DNA of 64,000 nt, from contig OY764216.1 in assembly GCA_963668315.1 (NCBI GenBank), forward strand, positions 480,001 to 544,000, in the 5' to 3' direction. This document shows positions 20,773-29,499 of the stretch, piece by piece. The notes under the pieces were generated by a model. The model saw nothing but the letters and a program-made list of their open reading frames with translations. It searched no databases and was not told the origin of the DNA. Numbering within the stretch: the first letter of the stretch is position 1; every line of letters begins with the position of its first letter. The DNA comes from Spirochaetia bacterium. GTDB lineage: Bacteria > Spirochaetota > Spirochaetia > DSM-2461. The translations under genes were made by a program, and so were the position numbers.

Positions 20773-20994
20773 GGTCTCGCTGCCGGTATCACCGGCACCG
20801 GTGGGGAAGGTGCCTCCCGGGCAGTACTGCATATTGAATTCAGTTGTGCTGAGGTTAAAGAATTGGCTGTCTCCGGCGGAAATGACTTTTTCACTGCTCC
20901 GGCTGCTGGAAGGATCGGAACAGCCGGCCAGGAAGAGAAGCGATAAAAATAGGGGGACAAATAAAAGATTCGGTCTAAATAGTAGGTTACCCAT
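19999..20994 (-). CDS. FGE-sulfatase (C-type lectin fold) lipoprotein, paralog without the Ig stalk
   Basis: Lipobox LAGC; ETEVTYELW, PNALGCYDMSGNVWEW, GFRLCR. Confidence 0.9.
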   Translation of the reverse strand: MGNLLFRPNLLFVPLFLSLLFLAGCSDPSSSRSSEKVISAGDSQFFNLSTTEFNMQYCPGGTFPTGAGDTGSETISDAFWIGETEVTYELWYTVYTWAVDNGYSFANTGIPGNDGTDGTETDSQEPVTNISWRDSMVFCNALTEYYNAHNSGNLTCVYAGDSGYATPIRTSTDSTTVTWEEGTGDNDGTQDDPYVNPDATGFRIPGSYEWECAARYIDGESWTPGNYASGASADRDHLTETAAVAVYDETSGDTIAAVKSKDPNALGCYDMSGNVWEWNYEWTSDRVGIYRIQRSGCWNNRAVYLGVGEVNYDHPYFVDSSSGFRLCRSAD

Positions 20995-21086
20995 GGAAAA
21001 CTCCTGTAAATATGTTAAATGTTCGGAGAGTTAATATATCCCGAAAAATAGGATTTACAAGATTTTCGATTCAGTTTCCCGATTAT

Positions 21087-21512
21087 TTAATGAACATCAG
21101 TAGGTTTTATCTGAAGGGGACCAATCGATCTGCCTCCCTCATCTCCCGTCAGGGTTTTCAGAGAAAGGAGATACAGGGTTACACCGCAGGCAATGAGAAG
21201 AAGAAGAATTCTCAGCCAGAGAAGGGATATAAAAAACAGAACCGAAGAGAGTATCGCCAACCACAGCATGGAGATGGAAACAACTTTGGCTTTTACCGTT
21301 ACCGCCCTGTGCTCGATGTAGGAGCGGATATAAAGGCCCAGGACTTTATGATGGATAAGCCAGGTGTAGAGCCTCTCAGAACTGCGCATATAGCAGGCGG
21401 CGCTGAGAAGCAGAAAGGGAGTCGTGGGAAGTACGGGTAAGAAAATACCCAGGATGCCCAGAAAAAGGGCCAGACTTCCGGCGGAAATCAATAAAACTTT
21501 TTTTACTAGCAT
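21087..21512 (-). CDS. YbaN/DUF454 inner membrane protein
   Basis: LGILGIFLPVLPTTPFLLLSAACY. Confidence 0.92.
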   Translation of the reverse strand: MLVKKVLLISAGSLALFLGILGIFLPVLPTTPFLLLSAACYMRSSERLYTWLIHHKVLGLYIRSYIEHRAVTVKAKVVSISMLWLAILSSVLFFISLLWLRILLLLIACGVTLYLLSLKTLTGDEGGRSIGPLQIKPTDVH

Positions 21513-21602
21513 AGGATAGGCGAGTATAGCATAGCAGATTATCCAGTGAAAACGGGCTGGCCTCCTATAGACAAAAAAAGGCGGGCATCTTACGTTGAGA
21601 AT

Positions 21603-21863
21603 ATGGATTACGTGACCTGCACGAACTGCCGCTGCCGGACCTGGGTGGACCGTGCCGCCTGGGGAGACAAGGATAATTCCATGCGTTTCAAATGCACCCG
21701 ATGCGGTAAACTGATTAAGCTGACCGGATGCTCAAAATGCGGCGCCACCCGCTGGATAAGGGAAAATGATCTTTATGAAAAGGGCTCACGCAAACCGATT
21801 GTCCGATACAGGTGCGAGGGCTGCGGGCGGATAGTCGGTCTCTGCCTGGATCACGATCATTAA
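21603..21863 (+). CDS. Small cysteine-rich, double zinc-ribbon-like protein
   Basis: Four CxxC motifs (CTNC, CTRC, CSKC, CEGC); start placed at ATG 21603 after TAGACA-N17-TACGTT. Confidence 0.7.
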   Translation: MDYVTCTNCRCRTWVDRAAWGDKDNSMRFKCTRCGKLIKLTGCSKCGATRWIRENDLYEKGSRKPIVRYRCEGCGRIVGLCLDHDH

Positions 21864-21877
21864 ATTCAAGAATTAAT

Positions 21878-21905
21878 TTGACATATCTCTCTATTAATCT
21901 ATAAT
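21878..21905 (+). promoter_or_regulatory. Consensus sigma70 promoter of the Rrf2-TauE operon
   Basis: TTGACA-N16-TATAAT. Confidence 0.75.
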
Positions 21906-21942
21906 GTCTATAGACCAACTACACATTAAAGGATAAGCCATC

Positions 21943-22341
21943 ATGAAAATGTCAACAAAAAGCGAATACACCCTTCTGGCCCTGATGTATCTGGCAAGGC
22001 ATGACGGTTCCTACGTGAAGATGGCCGATATCTGCGATTATTACGGGATTTCAAAAAAATACCTGGAACTGCTTTTCTCCATACTCAGGCAGAACCGTTA
22101 TATAAAGACAAAGCGGGGAGCCGAAGGGGGATACGCCCTGGCCCGGCCGGCAAAGGAGATATCCCTGGCCGAGATCATCCGCCTGATGGACGGAGCTCTG
22201 GCTCCCACCGAATCGGTCAGTACCTACTTCTATGCCGACACGCCCATCAGTCAGGAGGAGAAGCTGCTCGATCTTTTCGGAGAGATCAGAGATTACATAG
22301 CAAACAGAATGGAGAACGTGTATCTGGCTGACCTTGTATAA
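21943..22341 (+). CDS. Rrf2 family regulator (CymR-like, no Fe-S cysteine triad)
   Basis: MKMSTKSEY, ISKKYLE, KRGAEGGYALARPAKEISL. Confidence 0.9.
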   Translation: MKMSTKSEYTLLALMYLARHDGSYVKMADICDYYGISKKYLELLFSILRQNRYIKTKRGAEGGYALARPAKEISLAEIIRLMDGALAPTESVSTYFYADTPISQEEKLLDLFGEIRDYIANRMENVYLADLV

Positions 22342-22356
22342 CGAGAGGAGGAAAAG

Positions 22357-23298
22357 ATGGCCGATCCGGAAAGAATTACGGGCTGGGAAGAAGCGGAAGA
22401 CAGAGACAGACTCACCATGAGAGAGAGGGCCCGCCTGACGAAGGAAGAAATCCGTTCTTACGGGATATTTTCCCTCCTCTTTGTGCTGATGCTCTTCCTG
22501 AGCGTGAAAAGTTTATCATCGGATCAGCTTTTCTGCTGGCCCGTAGTCGCCATAACCGTTCTATTCGGATTCATGGACTCCGCCGCCGGGATGGGATTCG
22601 GGACCGCCGTGACTCCCCTGCTTCTTGTCATGGGTTACGGTTCCCTGGAAATCATCCCCGCCATAATGATTCAGCAGGCCTTCGCCGGGCTCTCCACGGC
22701 TTATATCCACAAGGAACTGGGCAATATCTCATGGCGCCTGAAGCCACCGTCCGAATCGGTCAAGCTGGCTCTTATCCTTTTTCTGTCCGGATGCCTGGCA
22801 GCGGTCGTATCGATAACCTCGGTTTACTTCCTTCTTCCCGTCAAGGAAGTATGGATTAAACTTTACGTCGGCTTCCTCCTGGCTTTCATGGGGATTATAT
22901 CATTTTTCACTCTTAACAGGACCAAGGCTTACCGCCCCAAAAAACTTTTCGCCTTCGGAGCCCTGGCAGGCTTCAATAAGGGAATAGGGGGCGGCGGTTA
23001 CGGCCCGGTGGTAACCCTGGGGGGAATGCTCTCCGGAGTGCCTCCTAAAAGCATGACCGCCATCACGGCTCTGGCGGAGGGAATGGTCTGCATTGCTTCG
23101 GTCATTAACTGGGAGATTCTGCGCCGCAAGGGCACGGCTGTGGATTACCTCCTTCTCCCGTCCATGATTCTGGGCAGCGGGGTCTCGATCATTGCCGCCC
23201 CCTACGTGGTCAGAATTTTACCGGGAAAAACCCTCAAAAAGATCATTCCCGCCTACTGCCTGATCATCTGTCTGGTCCATTTCGGCAAAATGTTATAG
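22357..23298 (+). CDS. Sulfite exporter TauE/SafE family protein
   Basis: DSAAGMGFGT, GFNKGIGGGGYGPVVT; multiple TM segments. Confidence 0.85.
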   Translation: MADPERITGWEEAEDRDRLTMRERARLTKEEIRSYGIFSLLFVLMLFLSVKSLSSDQLFCWPVVAITVLFGFMDSAAGMGFGTAVTPLLLVMGYGSLEIIPAIMIQQAFAGLSTAYIHKELGNISWRLKPPSESVKLALILFLSGCLAAVVSITSVYFLLPVKEVWIKLYVGFLLAFMGIISFFTLNRTKAYRPKKLFAFGALAGFNKGIGGGGYGPVVTLGGMLSGVPPKSMTAITALAEGMVCIASVINWEILRRKGTAVDYLLLPSMILGSGVSIIAAPYVVRILPGKTLKKIIPAYCLIICLVHFGKML

Positions 23299-23453
23299 AA
23301 AGGTCGCAAATTTCTTATCACACAACCTTTTATCAGTCTTGACCACCTAACCCTATTCATGGCAATATAACAGTCCGTTGCATTTTTTTCACCGAAGTCT
23401 CCACCGATGCACCCGGAGACTTAGGAAATTGATTAAAAGAGGCAGAAAATACA

Positions 23454-23885
23454 ATGAAGACTAAATTCGTAAAACCTGCGGACGCTGACCGCAAATGGGT
23501 TCTGATCGACGCCGAGGGCGTTGCTATGGGACGCGTTGCCGTTAAGGCCGCTTCCATCCTGCGGGGCAAAAACAAGCCCAGCTTCACCCCCAACCTCGAA
23601 ACTGGCGATTATGTTGTAATCATCAATGCCGCGAAGGCTAAGATGACCGGCAACAAAGCAAAGGGAAAGATCTACTATAAGCACTCCGGTTACCTCGGTG
23701 GACTTACCAGTGAAAACTACGAATCCCTCCTTGCTCACAAGCCTACTGCTCCCATGGAAAAGGCCATCAAGGGTATGCTCCCCTCCGGTCCCCTGGGAAA
23801 TCAGCTCTTCCGGAACGTAAAGGTCTACGCCGGGGCAGAACATCCCCACGCAGCCCAGCAGCCCGTGAAAGTAGAAGTAAAGTAG
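23454..23885 (+). CDS. rplM: 50S ribosomal protein L13
   Basis: RKWVLIDA, LRGKNKP.FTP, GDYVVIINA, HPHAAQQP. Confidence 0.98.
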   Translation: MKTKFVKPADADRKWVLIDAEGVAMGRVAVKAASILRGKNKPSFTPNLETGDYVVIINAAKAKMTGNKAKGKIYYKHSGYLGGLTSENYESLLAHKPTAPMEKAIKGMLPSGPLGNQLFRNVKVYAGAEHPHAAQQPVKVEVK

Positions 23886-23896
23886 AGGAGTAAGCT

Positions 23897-24289
23897 GTGA
23901 TTAAGAACTTAGCAAACGCTGTAGGAAGAAGAAAGACTTCGGTTGCCCGCGTCTACATAAGAGAAGGCAAAGGCGACATCATCGTTAACGGAAAAGCCCT
24001 CAACGAGTTTTTCCCCATCGAAGAGCATCAGGATATCGTGAAAAGACCCCTCAAGGTCACCGACATGGAAGGTAAGTGCAATATTCTTATCACCGTTCGG
24101 GGCGGAGGAATCACCGGCCAGGCCGGTGCTTGTCTGCACGGTCTTTCCCGGGCTCTCGTAGAGCTGGACGAAACCAACAGAACTTCTCTTAAAGCCAACG
24201 GATATCTCACCAGAGATGCCAGAATGGTCGAAAGAAAGAAATACGGTCAGCCCGGCGCAAGAAGGAAGTTCCAGTTCTCCAAACGTTAG
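23897..24289 (+). CDS. rpsI: 30S ribosomal protein S9
   Basis: GRRKTSVARV, GGGITGQAGA, ERKKYG...ARRKFQFSKR; GTG start. Confidence 0.98.
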   Translation: MIKNLANAVGRRKTSVARVYIREGKGDIIVNGKALNEFFPIEEHQDIVKRPLKVTDMEGKCNILITVRGGGITGQAGACLHGLSRALVELDETNRTSLKANGYLTRDARMVERKKYGQPGARRKFQFSKR

Positions 24290-24298
24290 TTTGCCGAA

Positions 24299-24868
24299 AT
24301 GGAATATTCCATACAGGAAGGAGGATCTACCCCTGGAGTACTTCAAGTGCTTCTGGAGGACGGATCCTCTTTTTTTATAGCCAAAGATCTTCTCTACAAT
24401 AATTCACCTCCCGAGAACAGGGAAGACCTGGAGTTCAGGGCTGCCATTACAGCGGCCCGGAAAAAATCCCTGGACCTGCTGGCCCGGCGGGATCATGCCC
24501 GGGGCGAATTGCGCATTAAACTCATGCAGCGGGACTTTGATCCCGAAGCGGTGGAGCAGGCTCTCGACTGGATAGACTTCAAGGGCTACCTGAATGACGA
24601 GCAATTCGCCCGGCGATGGATCAAAGAGAGGCTCAGGAAACACCCGGAAGGCCCCATGGCCCTTGAGGCGGGACTCAAAAGCAAGGGAATCGACACAGGG
24701 ATAATCCGCAAAGTACTCGGTGAGCTCGGAGAGGAAGAGAGGCGGGACGCCCTGCAGAGGGCCCGGGATAAAATGGCCCGGAGGCATCAGGATCCCGCCA
24801 AGCTGAGAACGGCCCTCATGCGAAGGGGATTCGGCCCTGCCGACTTTCGCCTCCTGGACAGGGACTGA
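24299..24868 (+). CDS. recX: Regulatory protein RecX
   Basis: LLARRDH..GELRIKL, GYLNDEQFA, LKSKGID, LMRRGF. Confidence 0.88.
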   Translation: MEYSIQEGGSTPGVLQVLLEDGSSFFIAKDLLYNNSPPENREDLEFRAAITAARKKSLDLLARRDHARGELRIKLMQRDFDPEAVEQALDWIDFKGYLNDEQFARRWIKERLRKHPEGPMALEAGLKSKGIDTGIIRKVLGELGEEERRDALQRARDKMARRHQDPAKLRTALMRRGFGPADFRLLDRD

Positions 24869-24882
24869 CGGCTTAGATAAGT

Positions 24883-25350
24883 CTACTTCAGCATTTTCAG
24901 AGCGGAGATCGCCATTTCACTATCGGGAAAGCGCTGTAGAACTGTTTCATATTTCCCAATAGCTTCAGCCTTTCTTTCAAGCTGGGCCAAACAGAATGCT
25001 TCATTAAGCAAAGCCATTTCCACATAGGAAATCCTTGATGAGCTGAGCATAGTAAGGAATCGATATTTATCCAGCCATGGATTTCTAGAGAAAAAGGAAT
25101 AACTCTCCTGAAAGCACGGAATCGCTTCTTCATACCTTTTCTTTCTGAATAGCTTGACTCCTCTTCTATGGCAAGATGGGATCAATGTTCTGAGCAGATA
25201 AAAGACAATAAAGTAGATTGAGAAACCTATCACATAGGGGTACTCAGGAAAAAAACGACTGCAAACGGAAAAAATGATCACAAGCAAAATGATCTGAGGA
25301 ATAAGAGAAAGCCATGCCACCTGCTTCACAACGGGTAATTTAGATGCCAT
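24883..25350 (-). CDS. Small membrane-anchored TPR protein (AT-rich)
   Basis: Two TM segments, then GVKLFRKKRYEEAI and EAIGKYETVLQRFPDS TPR-like helices; RBS GGAGG. Confidence 0.8.
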   Translation of the reverse strand: MASKLPVVKQVAWLSLIPQIILLVIIFSVCSRFFPEYPYVIGFSIYFIVFYLLRTLIPSCHRRGVKLFRKKRYEEAIPCFQESYSFFSRNPWLDKYRFLTMLSSSRISYVEMALLNEAFCLAQLERKAEAIGKYETVLQRFPDSEMAISALKMLK

Positions 25351-25435
25351 TTTTATTCCTCCTTACAATAGGGGAGATATTATATTTCAAAAACAGCCGT
25401 TTGCCAATGCTGGTCTCAGAGGCCCGATTCCATAC

Positions 25436-26374
25436 CTATTTGGATGTAATGATCACCGTGAGAATATCTTCGTACTCCCCGTGGGCCAGGCCGGGATCTC
25501 CCGTATAGGAAAGGGTCAGTTCCTTTGTCAGCCATTCCGATCCGGTAATCCCCAGGGAATTGGTGATAAGCGCGGTTCCGCCCGTCCAGAGCGTTACGGG
25601 AACGCCGTCATAGGCCAGGGAGTAGTCCAGCCGGTCCGCATCGGTCTCGTGGGCCATGAAGGGGACGGAGGCGGAGGCATCGGCAGCCAGATTGGCGCTG
25701 CGGATAGTCACCTCGTAACCCAGGGGCGAGTTGCTTCTTTCGTGAATAAGGGCGATCCGCTTATCGATCAGATCGGAAGTAAGGTCCAGCGACCGGTTAT
25801 CCGGCTCCCTGTCGGCATAGATATCGATCAGCTCCGCCATGCGCCCCATTACCAGCAGATCCACCGAATCGACCGGAACATAGGTCCCGCTGTCGGTATA
25901 ATCCCCTTCGTACAGGGTCAGAGTCACCGTATCGCCGTACTCTCCGCCGGCGGAGAACTGGCCGGAAAGAAGGGAGAAATAGAGGCTGTATGTCACCCGT
26001 TCCACAACGGCGGCCGCGGCGGAAAAATCACCGGCGGAGATAACATTGTCCAGGGTCAGGGCCTGGGGGGGAGCCATCAAAACGGCCGTGGACGGAGGGG
26101 CTTCTTTATAAACCTGATAATCCAGATTATACCCTCCCTGATCCATGGTCCTGGCGGCATAGGTTCCGGAGTTTCCCGCACTCAGAGTCATAAACCAGGC
26201 GGGGATACCCGCCCCTTCATGCTCCACGGTAATCTGAACCTGTACCAGCTCATCCCGCTCAAAGGAGGCATTCATATACACCGCTCCCGGAGGGGCATAG
26301 AAACGGAAATAATCCTGGGAGTAAAGAAACTGAGTCAGAAAGAAACCTATTAAAAGAACATATTTACTTTTCAG
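25436..26374 (-). CDS. Chaperone-usher pilus two-domain tip/minor subunit (spore coat U/Csu-like)
   Basis: RTMDQGGYNLDYQVY; two GxYxDxxTxT strand motifs (GGEYGDTVTLT, HGEYEDILTVII); frame stays open upstream to CTG 26374 and encodes a signal peptide (ORF track start 26281). Confidence 0.75.
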   Translation of the reverse strand: MKSKYVLLIGFFLTQFLYSQDYFRFYAPPGAVYMNASFERDELVQVQITVEHEGAGIPAWFMTLSAGNSGTYAARTMDQGGYNLDYQVYKEAPPSTAVLMAPPQALTLDNVISAGDFSAAAAVVERVTYSLYFSLLSGQFSAGGEYGDTVTLTLYEGDYTDSGTYVPVDSVDLLVMGRMAELIDIYADREPDNRSLDLTSDLIDKRIALIHERSNSPLGYEVTIRSANLAADASASVPFMAHETDADRLDYSLAYDGVPVTLWTGGTALITNSLGITGSEWLTKELTLSYTGDPGLAHGEYEDILTVIITSK

Positions 26375-28712
26375 GACTCACCACCCCCAGATCGCAGAAA
26401 CCGCTTTCATCCACGGTTACTTCCACTTTATAGGTTAACCCTTTATCCCTTTGAGTCAAGAGATATTCCCCCGGAGTCAGGCTGTAACACTCAAAATACC
26501 CCTTTTCATCGGTAAAAAACTCCCGGGGCCACTCCCCTTTCTCATAGGTCAGACCCAGCTCCGAATAGGGCATAATCTCTCCCAGAATCAAGGGCAGGGG
26601 CATATCCTCCCCGTCGCTCAGGATACCGCCGGCGTACATGTAAACCTTCTCCTCCGCTCTGATAAGGGTACCGCTCCGGTAGGTGGGAAAAACCGATGTG
26701 GTGTAATCGTTGATATCGGAGCCAACGGGCAGAGAATCGGGCATGAGCCTGAATGTGGTATAGCGGTAGGACGAGACGGAGGACAGTATGGCCGGCTCTT
26801 CTCCCCCCACTTCCATCAGGGAACCAAGGGAGGTGGGATTAACAGAAAGGGGACCGATATCCGACTGGAATATGACGAAACTGTTCCTGACGGGCCGGGT
26901 TACGCCCAGAACTCCGTCGGCATAGACCAGGGCGGTGCCGGCCGATAGGCTGGTGGAATTGCTGTATTCATTGGTCGCGAAGAACGCGCTTAATCCCTGC
27001 GAAAGGTTTGCGTTAAATCGGGGATGGATGAAGCCTCCGTTTAGAGAAAGGGTAAAGCGGTCTTCGTTGCTGGCCGGAATGATGGAGGAAGCCCCCAGGC
27101 TATAGTCGGCGTCTCCGTCCGACCGATTATACCGATTCCATGCCACATTCATTTTCTGCCCGCTTAAATCGCCCCGGGCATAGAAGTTCTGCTGAATATC
27201 CGGGAAGGATGCGGAATAGGTTATGGCGGCCGTGGGGGTCCAGACGCCCTCGTCCATCGTCACTCCCAGATCGGCGGACACGCTGCTTCCATCGGAACTG
27301 CTCGTTCTGAAGCGGAGAGACAAGGAGAAGGAGTTCTGCGGTTCAACGGCTTCATAGGACCAGTTGACGGCGGGAGTTATGGAAAGGCGCGTCAGGGGCA
27401 GATACACATAATAGGCTCTCAAGGAGATTGTCTGCGAAGCCGTCTCGTAGGATTCCAGGGTGAAGGACAGAGAGCTTCCGAAATTCTGCCTTCTATAACC
27501 TTTCCTCTGTTCCGAATAGGAGTGATTCAGAGAGAGGCCCAGTTCATACCCCTCCCCCATAGTCAGACTGGTCGAGGGGACCAGGTTGAAAGTTCCGAAA
27601 GGAGAAGCCAGCAGCAGGGGCGCTTCCAGAGAAAAAAGTTTCCCATTCCAGTCGTAATAGGTGCTGAAGCCGGCCGTGAACGTATCGGTGACCCCGTTTG
27701 AAAGATGAAAGAGAAATGCCGGATTCGCCGCCGTCCAGCTGTCCGTACCGAAAGAGCCTCCCCAATCGAGTTCTTCCTTTTTTAAAAGGCCGCTGTCGTA
27801 AATTTGAAAAAAGCTTTCCCTGTGCTCCGTCCCCTGGCTGTCGGTCCAGAGGATCACGACTTCGTTAGGCCCCGAACTCAAGGGAAAATTCTTAAAAGTC
27901 CATGTTCCGGCCGGAACGGACTGCTTTCTGATCATCCGGTCATTTATCCTGATTTCCACATCCGCCGGGTCGGGAAAGAAAATCGTTCTTCCCATCTCGG
28001 GACGGGACTGATAATTCAGATCCAGGGCGGTCTTTCGGAAAAATGACAGGCCCACCATATTATCCGGCAGGAATCCGTCGGCGCTATAAGTTAGGTCCCC
28101 CGCTTCGGCCCGGGCCGCAAGAGAATCGAACTCCCGGACAAAACGGAGATAATCCAGAGAGAGAGGCTCTCCCCCGGTCTGGACATTGCCCCTTGATTCC
28201 ATAACATAGCCGTCATAGTTCACAACCAGCTCCGGCTGAAGTCTGAGATTGACATATCTGTCTTCATAATCAAAGCGACTCCAGCCTTCCAGATTCAGAA
28301 TTCCGGAGAGCCCGGAAGGGGGAGTAAGTTTTCCCGGGGGAGCTTTTATTTCCCGGACAAAGGAAAGCGTTTCCGGCCGTCTCGATTCGGGGGGAATGGC
28401 AACTGTAAAGATAAGAAGAGATTCGTCAAAATCGGCCTGAATAAGACTTCCCGACAAGGATTCATAGGGGACCCACTCATCCGGCGTCCACCGGCTCAAC
28501 GCCGCATCCAGGCTGCTCTCATTAAGCAGGGGCCGCAGCTCCTCCAAGAGCGGACGGGGCTGGATCTGCACCTTCCCATTAATTCTCAGCGTGATTTCAC
28601 CGGAATAGACATCATCCACATAAAAAGGAACAGGGATAAGAACTTCTTCCTGCGCCCAGAGAGCAGCAAAGAGACAAAATAGCAATGGAACGAACAGGAA
28701 GGAACGGAACAT
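26364..28712 (-). CDS. Fimbrial outer-membrane usher
   Basis: Signal peptide; FDESLL.FTVAIP, AEAGDL, VEIRIND....VPAGTW.FKNFPLSSGPNEV, SGLLKK, AGTALVYADG..GVTRPVRNSF, FFTDEKGYF...LTPGEY. Confidence 0.85.
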   Translation of the reverse strand: MFRSFLFVPLLFCLFAALWAQEEVLIPVPFYVDDVYSGEITLRINGKVQIQPRPLLEELRPLLNESSLDAALSRWTPDEWVPYESLSGSLIQADFDESLLIFTVAIPPESRRPETLSFVREIKAPPGKLTPPSGLSGILNLEGWSRFDYEDRYVNLRLQPELVVNYDGYVMESRGNVQTGGEPLSLDYLRFVREFDSLAARAEAGDLTYSADGFLPDNMVGLSFFRKTALDLNYQSRPEMGRTIFFPDPADVEIRINDRMIRKQSVPAGTWTFKNFPLSSGPNEVVILWTDSQGTEHRESFFQIYDSGLLKKEELDWGGSFGTDSWTAANPAFLFHLSNGVTDTFTAGFSTYYDWNGKLFSLEAPLLLASPFGTFNLVPSTSLTMGEGYELGLSLNHSYSEQRKGYRRQNFGSSLSFTLESYETASQTISLRAYYVYLPLTRLSITPAVNWSYEAVEPQNSFSLSLRFRTSSSDGSSVSADLGVTMDEGVWTPTAAITYSASFPDIQQNFYARGDLSGQKMNVAWNRYNRSDGDADYSLGASSIIPASNEDRFTLSLNGGFIHPRFNANLSQGLSAFFATNEYSNSTSLSAGTALVYADGVLGVTRPVRNSFVIFQSDIGPLSVNPTSLGSLMEVGGEEPAILSSVSSYRYTTFRLMPDSLPVGSDINDYTTSVFPTYRSGTLIRAEEKVYMYAGGILSDGEDMPLPLILGEIMPYSELGLTYEKGEWPREFFTDEKGYFECYSLTPGEYLLTQRDKGLTYKVEVTVDESGFCDLGVVSPEK

Positions 28713-28745
28713 CTCTTATATTTTCGGTAGCCGGGAAAGACTTGC

Positions 28746-29498
28746 TTAATATACGGGCCTATAAGTAAAATCCCAAAGCACGTCCTCACCTTTGATAACA
28801 GCCGGTTCGGGGATCAGAAAAACCCGTCTGTTCCCCGCCAGAATATTCTCCCCGGCCACACCCGCCAGGTCATCGGGGCCCAGTACCACCGGTTCGAAAT
28901 TATCATAGGAACTGGTCAGGGTTAAGTTCAGATCTCCCAGAATGGCATGGCCCGTACCGCTGTTTTCAAAAACGAGCCGCAGCCATGACGCCCCCTCAAG
29001 AAGGACCGAAGACACGGAAAGCAGCTCCACCGAAGGAGCCCTGTCCTCAGGAACGACGTAGAGACTCCCCTCGTACCGGAAGGTAAAGCGGATTCCCCCT
29101 CCGTCGTCATGGGTCTCTTCATCGCCCATCTCCACGGGAAGCTGTTCGGCGATAATGCGGTAGGCCTTCTCACGGCCCGTGACCGGACCTCCCTGCCATT
29201 TGACCCTCACCGAACGGGTTTCCCCGGGAGCCAGGATACTCTGGGAAGGATAGATTAGGAAATCCCCGGGCCGGGGCGCCAGAGTCTCCCTTCCCTCTTC
29301 GTCCACTTCGCGGGAGAAAATGGAAACCTTGACGGCGATTTTATCGGTGAGCGAATCGTTATGAATGGAAAAGATGCGATTGCTGTTTTTCCCTTCCGCC
29401 GAGAATTCCTGGGAAATGGGAGAAAAGGTAAAAGCCGACAAAGCCCCCTGAACCAGAAGGAACAGGAGGCCCGGTAAAATCAGGAAATGCTTCCGCAC
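28746..29498 (-). CDS. Periplasmic pilus chaperone (PapD-like)
   Basis: Signal peptide from GTG 29498; FLIYPSQSILAPGETRSVRVKW, EKAYRIIAEQLP, FENSGTGH, GENILAGNRRVF. Confidence 0.88.
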   Translation of the reverse strand: MRKHFLILPGLLFLLVQGALSAFTFSPISQEFSAEGKNSNRIFSIHNDSLTDKIAVKVSIFSREVDEEGRETLAPRPGDFLIYPSQSILAPGETRSVRVKWQGGPVTGREKAYRIIAEQLPVEMGDEETHDDGGGIRFTFRYEGSLYVVPEDRAPSVELLSVSSVLLEGASWLRLVFENSGTGHAILGDLNLTLTSSYDNFEPVVLGPDDLAGVAGENILAGNRRVFLIPEPAVIKGEDVLWDFTYRPVY

Positions 29499-29499
29499 C

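Noticed and set aside
18660..21000. Complete diversity-generating retroelement
   Set aside because: No reverse transcriptase, avd or AAC-rich template repeat in the window, and only a weak downstream hairpin; kept only as a possible remote-target hypothesis
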